Source: Terriglobia bacterium | Lineage (GTDB): Bacteria; Acidobacteriota; Terriglobia; Terriglobales; Acidobacteriaceae | Reading direction: 5' to 3' | DNA length: 64,000 bases | NCBI GenBank assembly: GCA_963832635.1 | Contig: CAWHVH010000014.1 | Location: 51,397-115,396, forward strand | The notes under the pieces: model-generated | The model's input: only the letters and a program-made list of their open reading frames with translations | Database searches by the model: none | Told to the model about the DNA's origin: nothing | Part shown: piece after piece, positions 39,707-48,657 of the stretch | Position numbering within the stretch: position 1 is the first letter of the stretch | Layout: each line of letters opens with the position of its first letter | Made by a program: the position numbers and the translations under genes

Positions 39707-40270
39707 TTACTGGCGCCCGTTCCGGACTAACTCCAGAAACGCCCGATGTACTCGTGTGTCTTCCGACAACTCGGGATGGAATGTCGCCGCCATGGTCCTT
39801 CCCTGCCGCACCGCTACGGGATCACTTCCCTCGGTGGCAATCACTTCCACCGCGGGACCGACGCGCTCAATCTTCGGAGCGCGAATGAACACCATCTCGA
39901 TCGGAGAATTGCCCAGCATCCCTTCACGGATAGAACTGTCGATCTGGCGGCCGTAGGCGTTGCGCCGGATGCCGATATCGAGCGCTCCCAGGCCAGCCTG
40001 CTTCGGATTTTCGACTTCGTTCGCCAGCAGGATTGCGCCGGCGCAGGTTCCAAACGTGGGCTTTGCGCGCACGAATTGCTTCAGCTTTTCGAATCCCTCT
40101 TCGCCCAGCAGCTTCAGAAACGTGCCAGACTCCCCGCCGGGGATGACGAGGCCGTCGATCTCATCGAGTTGTTCCGGCTTCTTGACGAGCACCACATCGG
40201 CCCCGAGCTCTTCCAGCCGGCGGCGGTGCGCGTCAAAATCACCTTGCAGAGCCAGGACCCCTATGGTCAT
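39707..40270 (-). CDS. pdxT: Pyridoxal 5'-phosphate synthase, glutaminase subunit
   Basis: LALQGDF, the GTCAG catalytic Cys, and a FHPE C-terminus. Confidence 0.92.
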   Translation of the reverse strand: MTIGVLALQGDFDAHRRRLEELGADVVLVKKPEQLDEIDGLVIPGGESGTFLKLLGEEGFEKLKQFVRAKPTFGTCAGAILLANEVENPKQAGLGALDIGIRRNAYGRQIDSSIREGMLGNSPIEMVFIRAPKIERVGPAVEVIATEGSDPVAVRQGRTMAATFHPELSEDTRVHRAFLELVRNGRQ

Positions 40271-40285
40271 TGCGTCCTTTTCGCG

Positions 40286-40370
40286 AGCACTCAGCCGTCA
40301 GCGTTCAGCCAACGAGAGGGCCAAGTACTTGGCTGAGTGCTGACGGCTGAGTGCTGAGTGCTGAGTGCTG
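40286..40370. repeat. Inverted heptamer-repeat element (copy A): long hairpin between pdxS and pdxT
   Basis: A perfect 17-bp outer stem (40286-40302 with 40339-40355) plus a perfect 8-bp inner stem (40305-40312 with 40329-40336) around a 16-nt loop containing GAGAGGG. The right arm continues as (GCTGAGT) repeats to 40370. Confidence 0.7.
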
Positions 40371-40374
40371 TCTC

Positions 40375-41295
40375 CTACCATCCCCTGGTTTGCAGCATGT
40401 GCGCTTCATCCAGCCCCGAGATCGCCAGGCCTTTCATCGCGCCCTGCAGGTCTTCGCTGACTTCAAGCAACACTTTAGGATCGTTGAAGTGCGTCGCCGC
40501 CTTCACAATCGCCTTCGCGCGCTTCTCTGCCTCGGCGGGATCGGCGAACTCGGTCGAGTTCTTCATGAAGATGCCCGAACCGACGAACACCGCTTCGGCA
40601 CCAAGCTGCATCACCAGCGACGCATCCGCCGGGGTGGCGATCCCGCCCGCGGAGAAGTTCGGCACCGGCAGCTTCCCTGCCTTGGCGACCATGCGAATCA
40701 GTTCATACGGCGCTCCATGTTCCTTCGCCTTGGCGTAGAGTTCCTGTTCGCTCAGCACCGTCAGAATTTTCATCTCCTGCACGATCTGGCGAATGTGCTT
40801 CACCGCGTGCACCACGTCTCCCGTGCCCGCCTCGCCCTTGGTGCGGATCATGGCCGCGCCCTCAGCGATGCGCCGCAGCGCTTCGCCCAGGTTGCGTGCG
40901 CCACATACGAATGGCACCTTGAAGGCATGTTTGTCGACGTGATGGGCCTCGTCGGCGGGCGTGAGCACCTCTGACTCGTCGATGTAATCGACCCCCAGCT
41001 CTTCCAGAATCTGCGCCTCGGCGAAATGTCCGATGCGGCACTTGGCCATGACCGGAATCGAAACCGCGGCCATGATTTCCCGTATCTTCTTCGGCGAAGC
41101 CATGCGCGCCACCCCGCCTTCGGCGCGAATCTGCGAGGGCACCCGTTCGAGCGCCATCACCGCCACCGCACCGGCCTTCTCGGCGATTTCCGCCTGCTTG
41201 TAGTCGGTGACGTCCATGATCACGCCGCCCTTCAGCATCTCGGCCAGGCCGGTTTTCAGCCGCAAACTCGTGGAATTTCCGTTGTTTTCTGACAT
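40375..41295 (-). CDS. pdxS: Pyridoxal 5'-phosphate synthase, lyase subunit
   Basis: Highly conserved PdxS sequence ([29 protein letters not shown]). Start placed at Met 41295. Confidence 0.95.
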   Translation of the reverse strand: MSENNGNSTSLRLKTGLAEMLKGGVIMDVTDYKQAEIAEKAGAVAVMALERVPSQIRAEGGVARMASPKKIREIMAAVSIPVMAKCRIGHFAEAQILEELGVDYIDESEVLTPADEAHHVDKHAFKVPFVCGARNLGEALRRIAEGAAMIRTKGEAGTGDVVHAVKHIRQIVQEMKILTVLSEQELYAKAKEHGAPYELIRMVAKAGKLPVPNFSAGGIATPADASLVMQLGAEAVFVGSGIFMKNSTEFADPAEAEKRAKAIVKAATHFNDPKVLLEVSEDLQGAMKGLAISGLDEAHMLQTRGW

Positions 41296-41326
41296 AAGTC
41301 CTCTCTTCGATAACGACCGTGCCCAT

Positions 41327-41360
41327 GATATCCGCAGAATGGATAGCATGAAATATCCAT
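41327..41360. promoter_or_regulatory. Candidate MocR/PdxR operator in the pdxS-pdxR divergent spacer
   Basis: GATATCC (41327-41333), then a perfect inverted repeat ATGGATA-8 nt-TATCCAT (41339-41360). This gives two direct copies and one inverted copy of a TATCC(A) core. Confidence 0.35.
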
Positions 41361-41388
41361 TTAGGCTATTCTAACCATACCACTTCCA

Positions 41389-42861
41389 ATGCCGAAGCAA
41401 TCCAGCACGCTGCCGCTGAACCTGCAGGCGCCGCCCCCGGGCACGCCGCTCTATCGCTGGTTCTACGACGAATTGCGTGCCGCCATTCTCGCCGGACGCC
41501 TACCCTCGGGCGCGCGTCTTCCGGCCACGCGCGATCTCGCCCGGCAATACGGGTTGTCGCGCCCCACCATCGTCACCGCTTTCGAGCAGCTTCGGTCGGA
41601 GGGATATGTGGAAGGCCGTGTCGGATCCGGCACCTACGTCAGCCAGACGCTGCCAGATGCGCTGTTGCATGCGCCGCGTGCAAAGTCCACCGCCCGGGCA
41701 CCCTCGCTTCATGTCCGATTTTCCGCCTACGCCCGGCGTCTGCCTCGCTTCACACGCGCTGAGTTTCGTCCCGTGCGCGCCTTTCGCGCCAACTATCCTG
41801 CCCTCGATGCCTTCCCTACCAGCCTGTGGGCCCAAGTCGCTGCCCGCCGCCTGCGCCGTGCTTCGGTGCAGTTGCTGGGCGGAGGCGAGGCGCTCGGCTA
41901 TCGTCCCTTGCGCGAAGCCGTGGCCGAATATCTGAACACGTCGCGCGGGGTGAAATGCTCGGCCGACCAAGTGCTGATTATTTCCGGCGTGCAGCAGGCG
42001 CTGGACCGCGCCGCCCACCTGTTGCTGAACCCGGGCGATCCGGTATGGATCGAAGAGCCCGGTTACCCCGGCGCCGCGCAGGCCTTCCAGGCGATTGGAG
42101 CGAAGGTCTGCCGGGTCCCGGTCGACCCCGAAGGTTTAAATCTGGAAGACGGCCGCCGTCGCTGGGACTCGCCGCGCCTGGTGTATGTAACACCGGCCCA
42201 TCAGTTTCCCCTGGGCATGACCATGAGTCTGGCGCGCCGCCTCTCGTTGCTCGCCTGGGCGCGGCGCGCGGGAACCGTCATCTTCGAAGATGACTACGAT
42301 TCCGAGTATCGTTACTCGGGACGTCCCATCCCGGCGTTGCAGGGACTCGATCCCGCGGGTGTCGTAATTTTTGCCGGCAGCTTCAGCGATGCGCTCTTTC
42401 CCGGCCTCCGCCTCGGCTACATGGTGGTTCCGCTCACCATGGTTGACCTCTTTGCCGCCGCCGAATCAGTCAGCACCCATCATCCGCCCCTGATTGATCA
42501 AGCCGTTCTTTGTGACTTCATCACGGAAGGGCACTTCGCCCGCCACGTGCGCCGCATGCGTGAACTCTACGCCGAGAGGTTGGGCGTCTTGCTGGAATCC
42601 GCGCGGCAACACCTGGCAGGCTTGCTGGAGATTCCTCCCATTGAAGCCGGATTGCGCACGGTGGCATGGCTGAAGGGCCGCACGAACGCTGAGCGGGCGG
42701 CACGCCTGGCAGCTGAGTATGACGTTGACGTAACTCCCCTGAGCCGCTATGCCTATGGACGTTCCAAGCCAAATGGATTGGTGCTGGGTTTTGCAGCGGT
42801 GGACGCGCAGGAGATTCGCCGCGGCGTAGAACGCCTGGCGGAGGCGCTCCGAAAGCACTGA
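41389..42861 (+). CDS. MocR-family regulator (GntR HTH plus aminotransferase-like domain), PdxR-like by context
   Basis: N-terminal GntR wHTH (LPATRDLARQYGLSRPTIVTAFEQL) and a fold-type-I aminotransferase domain. Divergent from pdxST. Confidence 0.8.
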   Translation: MPKQSSTLPLNLQAPPPGTPLYRWFYDELRAAILAGRLPSGARLPATRDLARQYGLSRPTIVTAFEQLRSEGYVEGRVGSGTYVSQTLPDALLHAPRAKSTARAPSLHVRFSAYARRLPRFTRAEFRPVRAFRANYPALDAFPTSLWAQVAARRLRRASVQLLGGGEALGYRPLREAVAEYLNTSRGVKCSADQVLIISGVQQALDRAAHLLLNPGDPVWIEEPGYPGAAQAFQAIGAKVCRVPVDPEGLNLEDGRRRWDSPRLVYVTPAHQFPLGMTMSLARRLSLLAWARRAGTVIFEDDYDSEYRYSGRPIPALQGLDPAGVVIFAGSFSDALFPGLRLGYMVVPLTMVDLFAAAESVSTHHPPLIDQAVLCDFITEGHFARHVRRMRELYAERLGVLLESARQHLAGLLEIPPIEAGLRTVAWLKGRTNAERAARLAAEYDVDVTPLSRYAYGRSKPNGLVLGFAAVDAQEIRRGVERLAEALRKH

Positions 42862-42895
42862 CCCTGTCGGAACGCGAACTCCTTACGTCAGCACT

Positions 42896-43369
42896 CTATT
42901 TGTCCACGAACTTCGCAAACATCTTTCTCGGATCAATCGCGATAAACAGTCCTTTGCTGCGCGCCAGTACTTCGCCCTTCTGATTGAGGATCTCCGCCAT
43001 GTTGATATGACGGCGTCCGGCAACCTTCACTTCGCGCGATTCGACACGCAGTGGTTTGTTGAGCGGCACCGGCTTCAGGTAGTCCACCGTGATCTGCGAA
43101 GTCAGCGCCACCACGTGGCGCAGCTTGTTCACCTTCCCCATGGCTTCATCGAGCAGGGTGGCGATGATGCCGCCGTGGCAGTGACCCGGGGGACCCGTAT
43201 AGCGTTTGCCGAGCCGGAAGCGGCAGACGAAGCAGTCACGCTCTTCGTCGTAAGCAAACTTCAGGCGCATGCCTTCAGGATTATTCTTGCCGCAAGCGAA
43301 ACAGAAATTCTTTTGCAGGCGAATGTAGCGGGTGTTATGGCCGTGGCTGGTCGTTCTCTTCTTGGGCAT
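42896..43369 (-). CDS. PaaI-family (hotdog-fold) thioesterase
   Basis: The HGGIIATLLDEAMG motif, plus an N-terminal CFACG zinc-ribbon-like cysteine pair. Confidence 0.72.
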   Translation of the reverse strand: MPKKRTTSHGHNTRYIRLQKNFCFACGKNNPEGMRLKFAYDEERDCFVCRFRLGKRYTGPPGHCHGGIIATLLDEAMGKVNKLRHVVALTSQITVDYLKPVPLNKPLRVESREVKVAGRRHINMAEILNQKGEVLARSKGLFIAIDPRKMFAKFVDK

Positions 43370-43551
43370 CGGCTAAGATTCTACCCCGCCCGAATTGAAA
43401 CCTGCCTGAGGCAAATCCTTCTTTCTGTGAGCCAAATGCTGTATAAACAACGGTTCCGCACGAAGTCACTTACCGATTGCGTTTCTTTTCGTCAAACCTC
43501 GTGCGTCGCCAGCATTTCCGTAAGACCATTTTCGAGAGAGGGAGTTCCACC

Positions 43552-46500
43552 TTGATCTCATTCCGCCGCCTCACTTTCGTCATCGCCCTATTGCTCAGCA
43601 TTTCGCTGCCAGTCTTTTCCCAAACGTCGCCCGCCTCCGGCAAAGAAAACAAAAAGCAGGAACCGCCGGTGGCCAAGGCCGCCAAGAAGAAAGAGAAGCC
43701 GGCGCAGGAAGCCGCCAAGCCCGCAGAGGAGGAGAAGAAAGGCGGCATGACCGCCGACACCTTCAGCGGCCTGCAGTTCCGCAACATCGGGCCCGCCGTG
43801 GCCTCCGGACGTGTCATGGCCTTAGCCGTCAATCCTAGGAACAAGTTCGAATACTACGTCGGCGTGGCCTCGGGCGGCGTATGGAAGACGGTCAACGACG
43901 GCACCACCTGGACGCCCGTCTTCGACAACGAGGGCTCGTATTCCATCGGTTGGGTCACCCTTGACCCGAACGATCCCTCCGTTATCTGGGTCGGCACGGG
44001 CGAGAGCAACAGCCAGCGCAGTGTCGGCTACGGCGATGGCGTCTATCGCTCCGACGACGGCGGCAAAAGCTGGAAGAACATGGGACTGAAAAAGTCCGAG
44101 CACATCGGACGTATCGTGGTCGACCCCAAGGACAGCAAAGTTGTCTACGTGGCAGCCGAGGGTCCGCTCTGGGGACCCGGCGGCGACCGGGGTCTCTATA
44201 AGACCACCGATGGCGGCAAGACCTGGAAAGACGTTCTAACTATCAGCGAGAACACCGGCGTGGTTGACGTGGCGCTCGATCCTTCCGACCCTGACACCGT
44301 CTACGCCGCAGCCTACCAGCGCCGTCGCCACGTTTACACGCTTGATCGACGGCGGCCCGGAAAGCGCCATCTACAAATCCACCGACGCCGGCGCCACCTG
44401 GAACAAAGTCAAAGCCGGCTTGCCCTCCGAGGATATGGGACGCATCGGCCTCAGTGTATCTCCGGTCGATCCCAACGTCGTCTATGCCACGGTCGAAGCG
44501 GCTAATCACAAGGGAGGCATCTTCCGCTCCACCGACAAAGGTGCGACCTGGGAGAAGCGCAACGACTTCGACGTGGGCGCCATGTACTACGGGCAAGTCA
44601 TCGCCGACCCTAAGAGTGTCGACCGCATCTACGTGATGAACGTTTCGCTGCGCGTTTCCGATGACGGCGGCAAAACGCTGCACAAGATCAACGAAGTCAA
44701 CCACCACGGCGATAATCACGCCATCTGGGTCGATCCTGACAACACCAGGCATCTCTTGCTGGGCAGCGACGGCGGCGTCTACGAGAGCTTCGACGGATTC
44801 GCCAGCTGGCAGTTCAAGGCAAACCTGCCCACTGTGCAGTTCTACGATGTGGCCGTCGACAACGCCCTTCCCTTCTACAACGTTTGCGGAGGCACCCAGG
44901 ACAACTTCTCCTGGTGCGGCCCCTCGCGATCGAAAAATATCAACGGCATCATGAACTCCGACTGGTTTGTCATCACCGGCGGAGACGGTTTTCACGCCGC
45001 CGTCGATCCCGACGATCCCAACACCGTCTACGGAGAGTCGCAATACGGCGTGCTGGTGCGCTTCGACAAAAGTACCGGCGAGCAACTGCTGATTCAGCCG
45101 GCCGAGGGCAAAGGCGAGCCGCCGCTCCGCTGGAACTGGGATTCGCCGGTGCTGGTCAGTTCCCACTCCCACACCCGCCTTTACTTCGCAGCCAACAAGC
45201 TCTTCCGCAGCGACGATCGCGGCGATACCTGGAAAGCCATCAGCCCCGACCTGACTCGCCAGATCGACCGCAACCAACTCCCGGTCATGGGCAAGGTCTG
45301 GGGACCCGATGCAGTCGCCAAGAACCAGTCGACCTCGTTCTACGGAAACATCGTGGCGTTGGCCGAGTCCCCGAAGGACGAGAACCTGCTCTACGTCGGC
45401 ACCGACGACGGCTTGATTCAGGTCACCACCGACGCCGGCGCTTCATGGACGAAGTATGAGAAATTCCCCGGCGTGCCCGACAAGACTTACGTCAGCCGCC
45501 TGGCCGCTTCTCATTTCGACGCGAATACCGTCTATGCAGCTTTCGAAAATCACAAGAATTCCGACTTCAAGCCCTACCTGCTGAAGTCGACCGACAAAGG
45601 CAAGACCTGGACCTCGATTGCTTCGAACCTGCCGGAGAACGGTCCAGTGCTGGCCTTCGCCGAGGATCCAGTCAACTCCAATCTGCTTTTCGCGGGAACC
45701 GAGTTCGGCGCTTTCTTCAGCATCGATGATGGCCAGAAGTGGATTCAGTTCAAGGGCGGGCTGCCGACCATCGCCATTCGCGACATCGTCGTTCAGCCGC
45801 AGAAGAACGACTTGGTGATGGCCAGCTTTGGCCGCGGCTTCTATATTCTCGACGACCTCACACCGCTCCGGCAGGTGAAGCCGGCGTTGCTGGAGCAAAA
45901 GGCCACCCTGTTTCCCGTGAGAGATCCGCTGATGTACATCGAGCGGCTCCCTCTGGGTATTCCGAAGAAGGGATTCGAAGGCGACGCTTTCTTTACCGCT
46001 GAGAACCCGCCCTTCGGCGCCACCTTCACCTATTACCTGAAGGAGAAACTCAAGACCCGCAAAGAACAGCGCCAGGAAGCGGAAAAAGAGGCGGCCAAGA
46101 AAGGTCAGACGCTTCCCTACCCGACGCCCGACCAGTTGCGTGCCGAAGCGGAAGCTCCAGCACCGCAGGTCTACGCAGTGGTCTACGATCCCTCGGGCGC
46201 TCCCATCCGGCGGGTGGAAGGCAACGTTGCCGAGGGCTTTCACAGGATCAACTGGGACCTCCGCTACTTCGCGCCTTCGCTTCCCGAGTCCCCCGGTGGA
46301 GAAGAAGACGAAGACTTCCCCAGTGCCGGAACTCTGGGGCCGCTGGTTCTCCCGGGGAAATATTCCGTGCGATTGTTCCAGAAAGTGGAAGGCACTATCA
46401 CCGAGTTAGGTTCGGCTGAACCCTTCAACGTGGTGGCGGACGGGACCTCGGGCATTAGCCCGGCGGACCGCGCCGCGCAGGAAGAGTTCAACCGCAAAGT

Positions 46501-46939
46501 GGCAAACCTTTACCGCGCGGTCTCGGGTGCAATCAATTCCGCGAATGAACTGCAGGAGCATCTGAAGGTGATGCGCAAGGCCATGCAGGATACGCCGAAC
46601 CCCGATGCCCTGTTGTCGCAGGCGGATTCGATCGAGCGGCAGAACAACGACATTCTGCGCGCATTGCGCGGAGACATCATCCTCGCCGCCCGCAGCGAGA
46701 ATGTGCCTACCTCGATCAACGATCGCTTGCAGAACATCATGGAAGGCGAGCGCTTCTCGATTGCCCGTCCGACGCAAACCCACATCGATGGCTACAACAT
46801 TGCCGCCGATGAATTCACCCAGCAACTCTCCAAGCTGCATTCGCTGCTTCAGGTGGACGTAACGAATCTGGAGAAGGCGATGGAGGCGGCAGGAGCACCC
46901 TGGACTCCGGGACGCATTCCGGAGTGGCAACAGAAGTAA
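43552..46939 (+). pseudogene. Sortilin/VPS10-like BNR (Asp-box) repeat protein, secreted, frame broken by an apparent 1-nt insertion
   Basis: Repeated Asp-box motifs (SxDxGxTW: SDDGGKSW, TTDGGKTW, STDAGATW, STDKGATW, TTDAGASW, STDKGKTW). ORFs 43477..44505 and 44264..46939 join at ..YQRRRHVYTL / IDGGPES.. near 44342-44344. Start placed at TTG 43552 before the signal peptide. Confidence 0.7.
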
Positions 46940-46948
46940 AAAACCTGG

Positions 46949-46990
46949 ACCACCAAGGACACGGGGAATTTCCTTCGTGTCCTTGGTGGT
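46949..46990. terminator. Bidirectional hairpin terminator between convergent genes
   Basis: 14-bp stem ACCACCAAGGACAC / GTGTCCTTGGTGGT, with an A-run upstream and a T-rich tract downstream. Confidence 0.75.
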
Positions 46991-46995
46991 TATTC

Positions 46996-47565
46996 TTATT
47001 TTCTTCCCACAAACTCTCCCACGCCGCGGTCGCGCACAGTCTCGTGATAATGGAGCACAGTCAACGCGCTGAACGCGTGTAAGAGTTCATTCTCCTCCAG
47101 CAAGTGCATGGGATGGCTCGGGCCGCGTCCGAACTTGGGTGCGAGGTGAGAGTAGGTCTTATAGAGCAGAAGGCCTCCAGGACGAAGCGCCTTCACCAAT
47201 TCCGGGAAAATGCTTCGCTCCAAGTAGAAGAAGACCAGAATAAGATCGTATTGTTCCGCACTCGCCACCAACTTCGAGAAATCACGGACCTGGAAGTCGA
47301 TTCGGTTCGCGACCGCGCCGGCGTTCTCACGAGCCTGGGCGATGCCAACTTCAGAGATATCCGCCAGAGTCACACGCCAACCACGCTGCGCCAGCCAGAT
47401 CGCATGCCGTCCCACGCCGCCGGCTACGTCGAGCGCGTTTCCCCCTTGGGGAAACAACGGCTCGATGAATTCCGAATACGACTCCACCAGAAACGGATCG
47501 GGCTCAAGCGATCCGTGCGAGCCTTCTCGGTAACGCCGGTCCCACTGTGTACGCTCATCTATCAT
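46996..47565 (-). CDS. Class I SAM-dependent methyltransferase
   Basis: Motif I LDVAGGVGRHAIWLA, followed by an acidic residue at the end of the beta-2 strand. Confidence 0.8.
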   Translation of the reverse strand: MIDERTQWDRRYREGSHGSLEPDPFLVESYSEFIEPLFPQGGNALDVAGGVGRHAIWLAQRGWRVTLADISEVGIAQARENAGAVANRIDFQVRDFSKLVASAEQYDLILVFFYLERSIFPELVKALRPGGLLLYKTYSHLAPKFGRGPSHPMHLLEENELLHAFSALTVLHYHETVRDRGVGEFVGRK

Positions 47566-47735
47566 TCTGGAGAAGGAGTAGCCTGATGATCTTTCCCGAC
47601 CGCTCGCCGCGAAAACACGCGATCATCTTGCCAAGCACGCGCCTATCTTACGACGAGCCGTCCTCGCGTCCTCACCCCTTGTTGCATTTCTCAACGCAGG
47701 CGACGAATTCGAAATCACAACAAGTGCTTGCACCG

Positions 47736-47753
47736 ATCACACAGAGCTGTGAT
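47736..47753. promoter_or_regulatory. Palindrome ATCACA-6 nt-TGTGAT upstream of the cytochrome oxidase operon
   Basis: A perfect 6-bp inverted repeat read directly, about 95 nt upstream of the coxB start. Confidence 0.25.
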
Positions 47754-47847
47754 AGACTTCCGGGCCATCCGCAGTCTCTTCGATTTGTTCGCCACGAGCT
47801 GCGGCCTTGTGGGGGAAGAACACCGACGAGCCTGGGAGGGTTCGTAC

Positions 47848-48657
47848 ATGGGCCTCGCTCTTCTGGCGATCATTTGGCTGATTACCTTCGTTAGCACTTA
47901 CTTTTTCATCGCAAAAACCTGGTGGTTGCCGACTGGCATGGCCGCAGGCGCGGCCGGAATCGACCATCAGTTCACCGTGACTTTCATTGCGATGGGCATT
48001 GTCTTCGTGCTCGCCCAGTGTTCCCTTGGATACCTGGCGTGGCGCTACCGCGATCGCGGTTCCGCCTCCGAAAAGGTGGAATACTCCCACGGAAATACCA
48101 AGCTCGAGGTGATTTGGACCGCATTGACCGCGGTCCTGTTCATCGGCTTGAACCTGATGGGCGCCAACACCTGGGCCGCGCAGCGCTTCGACCCCGCCGG
48201 ACCCGGCGCGTTTCCGGTAGAAGTGACCGGCATGCAGTTTGCCTGGTACTTCCGCTATCCGGGGGCGGACGGAAAATATGGCGCGACCAGCCCTAAACTG
48301 ATCGACCCTTCTTCCGGCAACGAAGCCGCCATCGGACTCGATACTGCCGATCCCGCCTCGAAGGACGACGTCGTCACCGGAACCATGTATCTGCCGGTGA
48401 ACCGGCAGGTGGACCTGACGCTGCGTGCCATCGACGTCATCCACAGCTTTTTCGTTCCCAGCTTCCGTTTCAAGCAGGACGCGGTTCCCGGTCTTGCGAT
48501 CCACATGCACTTCACGCCCACCCAAGTCGGCGACTACGAACTGGCCTGCGCCGAACTCTGCGGTCTCGGTCACTACAAGATGCACGGCATCGTCAAAGTA
48601 GTCAGCCAGGAAGATTTCGACAAATGGTTGGCGACGCGGGAGGCGGAGAAACAGTAA
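47848..48657 (+). CDS. coxB: Cytochrome c oxidase subunit II (CuA type, no fused cytochrome c)
   Basis: Two N-terminal TM helices and CuA ligands (HSFFVP ... CAELCGLGHYKMH). Start placed at Met 47848, preceded by GGGAGGG. Confidence 0.88.
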   Translation: MGLALLAIIWLITFVSTYFFIAKTWWLPTGMAAGAAGIDHQFTVTFIAMGIVFVLAQCSLGYLAWRYRDRGSASEKVEYSHGNTKLEVIWTALTAVLFIGLNLMGANTWAAQRFDPAGPGAFPVEVTGMQFAWYFRYPGADGKYGATSPKLIDPSSGNEAAIGLDTADPASKDDVVTGTMYLPVNRQVDLTLRAIDVIHSFFVPSFRFKQDAVPGLAIHMHFTPTQVGDYELACAELCGLGHYKMHGIVKVVSQEDFDKWLATREAEKQ

